From assembly GCA_041651015.1 (NCBI GenBank), contig JBAZKA010000003.1, positions 42,572 to 106,571 on the forward strand: 64,000 nucleotides of DNA, written 5' to 3'. This document shows, piece after piece, positions 39,637-47,629 of the stretch (the first letter of the stretch is position 1; each line of letters begins with the position of its first letter). A model generated the notes under the pieces. The model did not search any database. It was not told where the DNA came from and was given only the letters and a program-made list of their open reading frames with translations. This stretch comes from Patescibacteria group bacterium. GTDB taxonomy: Bacteria > Patescibacteriota > Patescibacteriia > Magasanikbacterales > GWA2-37-8. The position numbers and the translations under genes were made by a program.

Positions 39637-40125
39637 TTATCTTTTTTCTAATTTTGTTTTAAATAACTGGATATTTACAATATACTTGCTGAATTTTCGT
39701 AACAACGAGGAATAACGGAAATTTGGCACCACCACTTTTGATAATTTTTCTTTGTCGTTCAGATATTCCAGCAAGCAATGAAAGTCGCCATCGCCACTCA
39801 CAATGAGAGCCTGTTCATAATTCGGAAACTCAATCATCGTATGCAAAACTAATTCCGCATCAACGTTTCCTTTTATCTGAACTTTATTCCCATATTTTAC
39901 CTCCAGTGTTGGCTTGAACACGCAAATATATCCGGCGTCTTGCAGGGATGTATATAATTGCTGGTTACCTGGAACAAAACCAATAAACAGAAACGCTTTG
40001 CTAATGTGATACTTATCTTCAAGAAAAACTCTAAACCTCTTGAAATCCAGCAACCACCCTTGACTTTTTACACCTAAATTAAGATTTTGACTGTCAATGA
40101 ACGCAAAATTATTTGGCCTCGCCAT
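39637..40125 (-). CDS. NYN-domain (PIN-like, LabA/DUF88) ribonuclease
   Basis: FIDSQNL, KGNVDAEL, IVSGDGDF acidic motifs; AAGGAGG SD. Confidence 0.9.
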   Translation of the reverse strand: MARPNNFAFIDSQNLNLGVKSQGWLLDFKRFRVFLEDKYHISKAFLFIGFVPGNQQLYTSLQDAGYICVFKPTLEVKYGNKVQIKGNVDAELVLHTMIEFPNYEQALIVSGDGDFHCLLEYLNDKEKLSKVVVPNFRYSSLLRKFSKYIVNIQLFKTKLEKR

Positions 40126-40202
40126 ATTTTCCCTCCTTAAAAATTAAATTTTTTCTCCCCGATTCATCCGCGAAATTATTCGCGAATGTGCGGAAAGACA
40201 AA

Positions 40203-40628
40203 TTATTTTTTCACAATTTTAACATCCACTTTATTCGTCTTTGATTGCGTCGCTTTCGGACAAGTAATTCTCAAAATACCATCTTTAAATTCAGCCGCGG
40301 TTTTGTCGTCCAAAACCGGCGCGGGCAAAGCAATCTCGCGATAAAACGTGCCACTGCGAACTTCTTTACGGTAATAATTTTTTTCTTCAACTTCGTGTTC
40401 TTTTTTGGTTTCACCGCGAAGCGTGAGCACGCCTTTTTCCACACTCACTTGCACATCCTCAGGGCGCATACCGGCGAGCGGGGCTTCCACCACCACGGCA
40501 TTGTCTGTCTCATAAATATCCACTGCCGGCACAAAGGCCTTGAGCGAAGGATTGACGGCCGGCAAACGCATTGACTCATCCAATTCCGCGAACGGATCCC
40601 ACATCGGAGACCAACGGATTAAACTCAT
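40203..40628 (-). CDS. Hsp20/alpha-crystallin small heat-shock protein
   Basis: PAVDIYET, LTLRGE, YRKEVRSGTFYREIALP, AEFKDGILRITCPK; AAGGAG SD. Confidence 0.93.
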   Translation of the reverse strand: MSLIRWSPMWDPFAELDESMRLPAVNPSLKAFVPAVDIYETDNAVVVEAPLAGMRPEDVQVSVEKGVLTLRGETKKEHEVEEKNYYRKEVRSGTFYREIALPAPVLDDKTAAEFKDGILRITCPKATQSKTNKVDVKIVKK

Positions 40629-40722
40629 ATTAAACTCCTTTTTCCCATTTATTACCGCGAGGTAAAAAATGAATATTAATATATTATTGGAAATTTGGCA
40701 TTTGGCATTTGACATTAACAAA

Positions 40723-41340
40723 CTATTTCGCGAGCATAACCCTTGCGGCCTTAATCACTCTGTCCCCCATCTTAAAACCACCGGAAATTTCTTTGACGAT
40801 TTCGTCTTCGCCCGCGCCTTCAATCGTTTCATGCCCGACCGCCTCATGATATTTCGGGTCAAACTTTTCACCAACAGTTTTTATTTCTTCAACGCCGTGC
40901 GCTTTCATAATATCAGCAAATTGTTTGAGCACGTGATTCACGCCGTCAAGCCAAGGATTATTTTCACCCGCGACTCCGCTCGTGGACATTTTCAAATGCT
41001 CGTAAACCGGAATAAATTCTTCCAATATCTGCTGTTCACTCATTTGCGCCCATTCGGCCCGGCGGGCCAAAGTTTCTTTTTGTAAATTTTGATAATCCGC
41101 CAGAGCTCTCTGCCAGCCAATTTTATATTCTTCAGCTTCGGCTTTTACCCTGTTAAATTCAGCTTCGCTGACGCCCCCAAGGGGCGATTTAACAGGGTTA
41201 ACTTTTTCACAATTCTTGCAGGTCTTGTGAAAAAATGATTTTTTTTCCGCTACTGCATCACCCCGAAGGGATTCCTCCGCTTCATTCGCTTCGCTCGCTC
41301 CGGTCGGAATGACAGGTGGAATATTTTGTTCGTCAGACAT
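40723..41340 (-). CDS. grpE: Nucleotide exchange factor GrpE
   Basis: WQRALADYQNL, GEKFDPKYHEAV, GFKMGDRVIKAARV. Confidence 0.95.
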   Translation of the reverse strand: MSDEQNIPPVIPTGASEANEAEESLRGDAVAEKKSFFHKTCKNCEKVNPVKSPLGGVSEAEFNRVKAEAEEYKIGWQRALADYQNLQKETLARRAEWAQMSEQQILEEFIPVYEHLKMSTSGVAGENNPWLDGVNHVLKQFADIMKAHGVEEIKTVGEKFDPKYHEAVGHETIEGAGEDEIVKEISGGFKMGDRVIKAARVMLAK

Positions 41341-41344
41341 AATT

Positions 41345-42040
41345 TTACAATGAATTTTTTATTTTATTCAAAATCGCCAAATTCTTTTTGTAATCCATAC
41401 GTACCGGACCCAAAATCACAAACATGCCTTCTTTGGTATCGGCCAACCGCGCCGCCACCACGCTCAAATATCCGCCAAACGGATGCTCATTGCCAATATA
41501 AATTTTCGGCTCGGCGGTAATCTTTGATTCAAAACGGCCAAGGCATTCCTCGCACTGGTCAAACATGCGCGAAGTGTTGACAACCATTTCCGCGTTTATA
41601 AATTCCGGCTTTTCAAACAAATTGGAAAATCCCGTGTAATAAATTCTGTCCAGTGTAAAAGCGACAATCACCGCGTCGCGCGATATGGCCGAGGCTTCTT
41701 TAGCCGTGGATTTGCAAATTGATTCACGTTCATCGGCCAACGACATTGTTCGTTCCATTCTCTCGCTATCTTTGGCAGATAATTTGATTTTGGAATCATC
41801 TATGGAATCCACGTAAAACCGATAACCAAGCTCAGTCGGAATTCGGCCCGCGGAAGTGTGCGGATGAGTCAAGTATCCGGCTTCTTCCAACGCCCGCAAA
41901 TCATTTCTGATAGTCGCTTCGCTCCAACCAATTTTTTCCTCGTATGCCAAAAATTTGGACCCGACCGGTTCGGCCGAATGGATAAAACTCTCAATTACGA
42001 GAATCAGTAATTCTTCTTGTCTCGGGTCTAATTCCGGCAT
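41345..42040 (-). CDS. hrcA: Heat-inducible repressor HrcA (short form)
   Basis: EPVGSK, SEATIRNDL, HPHTSAGRIPTELGYRFYVD, ILGPVRMDY. Confidence 0.92.
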   Translation of the reverse strand: MPELDPRQEELLILVIESFIHSAEPVGSKFLAYEEKIGWSEATIRNDLRALEEAGYLTHPHTSAGRIPTELGYRFYVDSIDDSKIKLSAKDSERMERTMSLADERESICKSTAKEASAISRDAVIVAFTLDRIYYTGFSNLFEKPEFINAEMVVNTSRMFDQCEECLGRFESKITAEPKIYIGNEHPFGGYLSVVAARLADTKEGMFVILGPVRMDYKKNLAILNKIKNSL

Positions 42041-42049
42041 ATTGGTAAT

Positions 42050-42102
42050 TTATCACTCATACGTCTTGAGTGATAATACACCAAACACGTCCACAGTGTC
42101 AA
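42050..42102 (-). promoter_or_regulatory. CIRCE operator variant and hrcA promoter
   Basis: TTATCACTC-N9-GAGTGATAA (42050-42076) overlapping the -10 TATTAT; -35 TTGACA at 42102-42097. Confidence 0.9.
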
Positions 42103-42144
42103 GAGACCAGTTTTGTAGCTAAAATAGCACAATAGCGAGGCGAA

Positions 42145-42270
42145 ACAAATATATGTTTATGACAACTGCGGAGCGGGTTTAACACCCGCGAGCATTAGGG
42201 CGACGAACCGATTATCTGACATATGAGCCATCATATTTAGAGGAGACCCGTGTCAGAAACATATATTTGT
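42145..42270. repeat. 126-bp element bounded by 20-bp inverted repeats (MITE-like or structured RNA)
   Basis: ACAAATATATGTTTATGACA / TGTCAGAAACATATATTTGT (19/20), with internal hairpins. Confidence 0.6.
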
Positions 42271-42336
42271 AGAGCTGAGCGTCTGCAAACAAAAAAATCC
42301 CTCAGCGCAAGGCTGAAGGATTTTTAACGTTATTTT

Positions 42337-42906
42337 TTAGTTTATTGTCTGTATCTCACTCAAGAGCACATTTTCCACATAAATACCGCGGGTGTAAAAG
42401 ATGCTTTCCAATTCTTGTTTCAACATCTCCTCCACCTCATCACGCCGTCCCCCGACAATATCCTGATAATTAAACCTGGAATAAACCATACGTATACGCG
42501 AACGGATAGTCGGACGGACAATCTTTTCCACGAAATCCTCACCAATCGTTTGCCAAATAAGCGGTACCTGATGCACATCCAGACGAAGTAAAATCGTACC
42601 TTCGGTGCTGACGCGTTTGCCGTCCATGGTAATGGCGGCAATCGGAATATCCCCCAAAGATCGCGGCATATCTGCGTTGAATTGGCGCGAGATGCTATAT
42701 TCCAAAGTTTGTGTGTTGAACAATTTAGCTTTTTGCCAAAACGGAATTTTTAGGTGCAAACCCGGAGTCAAAACCTTTTTCAAAACTCCCCGTCCCAAAT
42801 CATAAACGCAAGCCACATATCCCGGCGGGACATGAATAAAAAAGCCCTTCAAAACATCCTCCACCACGAACGAATACATCAGCTTATCCAAGGAATCTCC
42901 GGACAT
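42337..42906 (-). CDS. SPFH/band 7/prohibitin domain protein
   Basis: VPPGYVACV, LTPGLHLKIPFWQ, IVRPTIRSRIR, RGIYVENVLL. Confidence 0.85.
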   Translation of the reverse strand: MSGDSLDKLMYSFVVEDVLKGFFIHVPPGYVACVYDLGRGVLKKVLTPGLHLKIPFWQKAKLFNTQTLEYSISRQFNADMPRSLGDIPIAAITMDGKRVSTEGTILLRLDVHQVPLIWQTIGEDFVEKIVRPTIRSRIRMVYSRFNYQDIVGGRRDEVEEMLKQELESIFYTRGIYVENVLLSEIQTIN

Positions 42907-42916
42907 AGTATTAAAA

Positions 42917-43630
42917 TTATTTTTTTGCCGTTTCGGCAGCGGGTTTCGCAGCCGGCACGAGCAAATGACGCAATAAAGACAATATATCAGAAAATACCAT
43001 TGTGGTCAAGATAAAGAGGGATTTGGCCATGGGTAGCATCCAAAGTAAAACAAACGTAAAGATTGGAAATAACACCAAAAAAACCGCTTCCGACTTCTGC
43101 CAATTCTTGTCCGTAATTTTTTGAAACAAATTCATCACGAACAAATACAACCCGCAAATGCCCGCCCAAAGCACGTCATGGACTTCACCGACATTATGAC
43201 CATAAAAATTATTATTAATCAGTCCCGGAAAACTTACAGACGGATACAACAGTTGTATTAATTTTTCCCCAAAAATTCCTCCGACAAAAACATAATACAA
43301 AAGCAAAAATACTAAAAATTGAAGCAAAAGCACGATTGATTTCGCCCAAGGCGAAACCCGATTTTTCTTCATCATTTTTCTGTATTCTTCTTTTTCCGCT
43401 TCCGGATCGTTTTTGAACGAAGCGGCCACGCGCCGCGCTTCTTCTTCAACTTTCTTTTGACGGTCCGAATCACGCCCGGAAATTATGGACAGAGGTAATA
43501 GAACCACGCGTAAACATACGGTCAAAATAATTACAGCCCAGCCCATATTCTGATGGGCCAAAGTGTTATAAATCCAAACCAAGGCGTTTAATAGTGGCTG
43601 AAACAAACAAACAGACCAAATAAATCCCAT
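42917..43630 (-). CDS. yidC: YidC/Oxa1 family membrane insertase (short)
   Basis: MGWAVIILTVCLRVVLLPL, coiled hairpin, KKNRVSP, LLQF; multi-TM. Confidence 0.75.
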   Translation of the reverse strand: MGFIWSVCLFQPLLNALVWIYNTLAHQNMGWAVIILTVCLRVVLLPLSIISGRDSDRQKKVEEEARRVAASFKNDPEAEKEEYRKMMKKNRVSPWAKSIVLLLQFLVFLLLYYVFVGGIFGEKLIQLLYPSVSFPGLINNNFYGHNVGEVHDVLWAGICGLYLFVMNLFQKITDKNWQKSEAVFLVLFPIFTFVLLWMLPMAKSLFILTTMVFSDILSLLRHLLVPAAKPAAETAKK

Positions 43631-43631
43631 A

Positions 43632-44327
43632 TTATAATTTCAATAAATCAATAATGTAATCTCTAAATCTTAATTGTTCGGACAGAGGATTTTCCACTTC
43701 AATCGCGGCAATTGATGGAAACATTTCGCGCGGATAATTCTTTAGATAATTAAATCGTTCATTTGATTCGGCGTGATGATAATCTAATCTACCAACCGTC
43801 TGTTTTAATCCGTGCCAAATTTTTTCCACCGGTTTTAAATAAATTGCCGCAATGTGCGCGCAACCGACTTTACCTTTCTCGATCGTGGCCACGACTTGTT
43901 TGTAATTTTCTTCATTCGTCAATCTGGCATTCTCCAAATGCGAAAAGTCTAAACAAATACCGGCAAAACCGCTCAAATCATTTTCTTTTAAATCCCAAAT
44001 ATTTTCCACATAAATTTGATCGCGATATTTAGACAAGGATTCATTGCGCCCCTCTCCCCGGTCGGGATGAATATTAAATATTTCCGCGCCCCATCTTTCA
44101 ACGAAATACTTTATCTCATTTTCATCCATGTCCTCTTCGCGTAAATGCACGAACGGTATTTTTTGCAAATCAGTCTTTTCCAATAATTTGTAAAGTTCTT
44201 GGCGTTCATCGTGTTCAATCGCGGTTGGAAATAATGCAATTTCTTTCAGACCGAGCGCGTCAATTTCATTTATCTTATTCCTCCATTCATCTTTAACAAG
44301 CGTAGTCAGAGTCGGCAATAATTTCAT
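43632..44327 (-). CDS. Hypothetical protein, possible AP-endonuclease/xylose isomerase-like TIM barrel
   Basis: VHL, NIHP, IYVEN, ICLDFSH, AHI, IEVEN metal-binding-like pattern. Confidence 0.6.
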   Translation of the reverse strand: MKLLPTLTTLVKDEWRNKINEIDALGLKEIALFPTAIEHDERQELYKLLEKTDLQKIPFVHLREEDMDENEIKYFVERWGAEIFNIHPDRGEGRNESLSKYRDQIYVENIWDLKENDLSGFAGICLDFSHLENARLTNEENYKQVVATIEKGKVGCAHIAAIYLKPVEKIWHGLKQTVGRLDYHHAESNERFNYLKNYPREMFPSIAAIEVENPLSEQLRFRDYIIDLLKL

Positions 44328-44911
44328 ATGCTATAAGTAAATAAGGATATTATGGCGAAAGCAATGGCCATGTAAAATGACCCGCGCGACACTGGAATCA
44401 AGGCATCAAAATTAAACGCGAGCGATAGGAGCAAAAAAACCACACCAACCACCTGCAAAATCATCTTGATTTTTCCCCAAAAATTTGACTGGACGTCCAC
44501 ACCATCGCGCCTCTTAACCAAGGCCGCTACAATAATTATGCTCTCCAGAATAATTATCACCCAAGCGGTAAAAAAGTCAACATATTTAAGCACCAGAACA
44601 AATACGACTGTGCAGATTAAAAACTTATCAGCCAGGGGGTCAAATAACTTCCCCCAGGCGGTAATTTGGTTGCGCGTTCTGGCCAAAGCGCCATCCAAGG
44701 CGTCGGTCAGGGCGGCGGCCAGAAACAAAATCAAACCAACCCAATAATTTCCCATCCAGATAAATAACGCCACCCACGGCACCATTATCAGGCGCACGGC
44801 GGTCAAATAATTCGGCCTGACTTTGTGAGGGATAAGCCTAAGCAATGTCCGGCTGAAAATCTTATCAGTCAAATAAATTTTTATCGGCTGTCCTCCCCCT
44901 TCGTTGGTCAT
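44324..44911 (-). CDS. pgsA: CDP-alcohol phosphatidyltransferase (PgsA-like)
   Basis: PNYLTAVRL, TDALDGALAR, GKLFDPLADK, GKIKMILQ. Confidence 0.85.
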   Translation of the reverse strand: MTNEGGGQPIKIYLTDKIFSRTLLRLIPHKVRPNYLTAVRLIMVPWVALFIWMGNYWVGLILFLAAALTDALDGALARTRNQITAWGKLFDPLADKFLICTVVFVLVLKYVDFFTAWVIIILESIIIVAALVKRRDGVDVQSNFWGKIKMILQVVGVVFLLLSLAFNFDALIPVSRGSFYMAIAFAIISLFTYSI

Positions 44912-44912
44912 A

Positions 44913-45692
44913 TTACTTTTCTATGATATCAACACTGGTTATTTTTATGGGATTTAGCGGAACGGATTTTTCCGTACCATAATCATTCATCCGAACCGGC
45001 GCCTCGGCGATTTCATCCACCGCTTCCATGCCGGAGACAACGTGCCCGAAAATTACATAATCTTTTTGCAAGCCAACATCCGCGTGCATGATAAAAAATT
45101 GACTGCCGTTGGTATTGGCGCCCGAGTTGGCCATGGCCACGGTACCGCGCGTATACTCACCTTCAAAATATTCATCCGCGAATTTATAGCCCGGCCCACC
45201 CGTACCATCTCCCTTGGGGTCGCCACCCTGAATCATAAATCCTTTAATAGCGCGGTGAAAAACCGTGTTGTTATAAAATCCTTCTTTGGACAGATAAACA
45301 AAATTATTGACCGTAATCGGGGTCATCTTGGTGTCCAAAACAATTTCAATATCACCCGCCTCGGTATGAAGCACGGCAATATAATTTTTTGATTGATCAA
45401 CTGTCATCGGCGGCGTATCCATATTATTTGATTGTTGGGTTTGCGTTGGCTGGCCCGATGATGAAGATTCTTCCGCGGAAGACGTACTCGCGGCTACACC
45501 CGGTTGGGATTTACCGGAGGCAATATCATCAAGCCGGCTATCCAGCATTTTATCAGCGTTTTCAAAGGTTGCCGTTTCATCTTCGGATGGCAACGATCTG
45601 GGCGTTTGATAACTGCCGGAAAATACCACGCATCCCGAACAAGTTAAAATAAATAAAATTAAATAAATTGAAAAAAATTTCGCACGGAACAT
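44913..45692 (-). CDS. Cyclophilin-type peptidyl-prolyl isomerase, exported or lipoprotein
   Basis: FHRAIKGFMIQGGDP, GTVAMANSG, NGSQFFI, YVIFG; N-terminal hydrophobic stretch with Cys; start uncertain. Confidence 0.9.
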   Translation of the reverse strand: MFRAKFFSIYLILFILTCSGCVVFSGSYQTPRSLPSEDETATFENADKMLDSRLDDIASGKSQPGVAASTSSAEESSSSGQPTQTQQSNNMDTPPMTVDQSKNYIAVLHTEAGDIEIVLDTKMTPITVNNFVYLSKEGFYNNTVFHRAIKGFMIQGGDPKGDGTGGPGYKFADEYFEGEYTRGTVAMANSGANTNGSQFFIMHADVGLQKDYVIFGHVVSGMEAVDEIAEAPVRMNDYGTEKSVPLNPIKITSVDIIEK

Positions 45693-45833
45693 AAGTATAT
45701 TCATTTTACCCCAAAAACACGGATAAGAAAAGACCCCGAAGAACATCTCCCTTGATTCAGCCAAAAATGTGTTATTGGCCGAACCTTGTTTGACGTCTGC
45801 GAGGCCGCCGAAAACGCCGAGCGTTTTACAGCA

Positions 45834-46247
45834 CTAACTCGGAACTCCCTCAAAAACCGATACGCCATCATTCGGTGCTCCGTTGGTGTTGCCAAAGTCA
45901 ACGCGTGAGCGCGCGACTCGGGCGCGTTTGGGTATCGGCAAATGCCGACCCATTTGGTTGAGATGCGAAAGAACGAGGCGTACTTCATCGGGAACCAGTG
46001 TACGCCCCGAAACCATGAAGTACATTACGTCTTCCCACCGCTTGCCAATGCTATCGCGCGGATCCGATTGCCTGTCGCACGACCCCCGCCTTTTGGCTGT
46101 GGCCAAAAGCGCGGTCAACGTTTTATGCACCTCGCTTTCTTTCATCTCTCCGGATGAAACCTTTTGCCTCGTCCGCACCCATTCGGCGCGGACCGAGAGC
46201 GTCCCCAATTCATGCGACGTCACGCTGATAGAACTCATTGTCGCCAT
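45834..46247 (-). CDS. Orphan hypothetical protein
   Basis: AAGGAGGT SD; extended -10 TGTTATACT upstream; higher GC. Confidence 0.6.
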   Translation of the reverse strand: MATMSSISVTSHELGTLSVRAEWVRTRQKVSSGEMKESEVHKTLTALLATAKRRGSCDRQSDPRDSIGKRWEDVMYFMVSGRTLVPDEVRLVLSHLNQMGRHLPIPKRARVARSRVDFGNTNGAPNDGVSVFEGVPS

Positions 46248-46402
46248 AGCGCACCTCCTTTTTTGGCGAACAGCTAAACTTTTACGCGCACCATTGCGCG
46301 AAGAAGTTCCGTTTTGAAAGGACGATACCTGTCATTTGTAGTATAACACAAAGCCGGGCATAGTCACCCGGCGTTGTCAAGATTTCACACGATTACAGGG
46401 TA

Positions 46403-47164
46403 TTAATTACCGTGGTTGCATTTAAACACAAACATCAACGCGACGCCGCCAAAAAAACAAATAAAAGCAACCAAAGATTTTATGAATTTTGACTCCTTGT
46501 GCAATTCCGGAATCAAATCCGAAGCGGAAATGTAAATAAAACCGCCGGCCGTCAAAGCTGTGAGCAAAGGAATTATTCCTTGGATGGTATTAACCAGAGC
46601 AAAACCGCACAACGCTCCAATAACGGCAAAAATTCCAGAGAGGAAATTAAATAAAAGGGCCTTAAATTTTGTAAAGCCTCCATAAATAAGAACGCCAAAA
46701 TCGGAAATCTCTTGCGGTATCTCGTGTAATATTACTCCGACGGTCGTGGCCACGCCCAATTCAAAACTTAAGGAAAAAGAGGCGACAATTACCACGCCGT
46801 CAATAAAATTATGGAACACGTCGCCAAACAGATTTAGATATGTAAAAGGATGAACCTCGCAATCCCCGCCATGTTTGTGACAATGATGCCAGTGCAAAAT
46901 TCGTTCTAAAATAAAAAATAACGCAAAACCGACAAGCACGGCGATAAATATATTTTGAATGTCGCCGGCGCCTTTCGCGCTTTCCAACGCTTCCGGTAAT
47001 AGATTCAGGAAAGCGCCACCCATGAGCGAACCGGCCGAAACCGCCACCAGATAAAAAACAATTTTATTTAAAATTTTGTCTTTTAAAAATAAAGTCAAAA
47101 TACCGGCAAACGAGATGGCGCTCACCGCAAACGTGGCGACAACGGAATAAAATAACACATCCAT
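46403..47164 (-). CDS. ZIP family zinc/iron permease
   Basis: HWHHCH loop, GDVFHNFIDG, HEIPQEISDFG, YISASDLIPELH. Confidence 0.93.
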   Translation of the reverse strand: MDVLFYSVVATFAVSAISFAGILTLFLKDKILNKIVFYLVAVSAGSLMGGAFLNLLPEALESAKGAGDIQNIFIAVLVGFALFFILERILHWHHCHKHGGDCEVHPFTYLNLFGDVFHNFIDGVVIVASFSLSFELGVATTVGVILHEIPQEISDFGVLIYGGFTKFKALLFNFLSGIFAVIGALCGFALVNTIQGIIPLLTALTAGGFIYISASDLIPELHKESKFIKSLVAFICFFGGVALMFVFKCNHGN

Positions 47165-47180
47165 AAAATTACAAATTACT

Positions 47181-47555
47181 TCAGGCGCATTTATTGCACA
47201 CGCCGGTTAAGGTTAAATGATGAAAAACATCCTTGAAATTTTTGAATCTTCCGAAATCATGGTGGCATTTTATCGCTTCCATATAACCGCATTTCTTGCA
47301 AATAATATGGTGATGCGGTTCATCGGCCAAGCAATAAATTTTTTCTTTACCTATGATTTCAACATTCACCAGATGTAATTCTTCAAATAAATTTAATGTT
47401 CTATAAATTGATGCTTGGTCGCAATGTTTGATATGTTTGTGAATATCTCTGGCCGATCCGGCCGCGTGATGACCGGACAAATATTCTAAAACAGCCAAAC
47501 GCGATTTGGTTAATTTATATCCGTCACCCGCCAGTTTTTGTTTAAGTTTCTCCAT
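47181..47555 (-). CDS. Fur-family regulator, probably Zur
   Basis: KLTKSRLAVL, ASIYRTL, HHHIICKKCG, GVCNKC; co-transcribed with ZIP. Confidence 0.9.
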   Translation of the reverse strand: MEKLKQKLAGDGYKLTKSRLAVLEYLSGHHAAGSARDIHKHIKHCDQASIYRTLNLFEELHLVNVEIIGKEKIYCLADEPHHHIICKKCGYMEAIKCHHDFGRFKNFKDVFHHLTLTGVCNKCA

Positions 47556-47577
47556 AGCGGGATAAGCTTAACACAAA

Positions 47578-47592
47578 TGCGAACGGTTCGCA
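47578..47592. promoter_or_regulatory. Putative Fur/Zur operator (7-1-7)
   Basis: Perfect TGCGAAC-G-GTTCGCA 23 bp upstream of the regulator start. Confidence 0.65.
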
Positions 47593-47629
47593 AGTGGATA
47601 ACTCCCCCGCCATGCTTTTTAATTTTACT

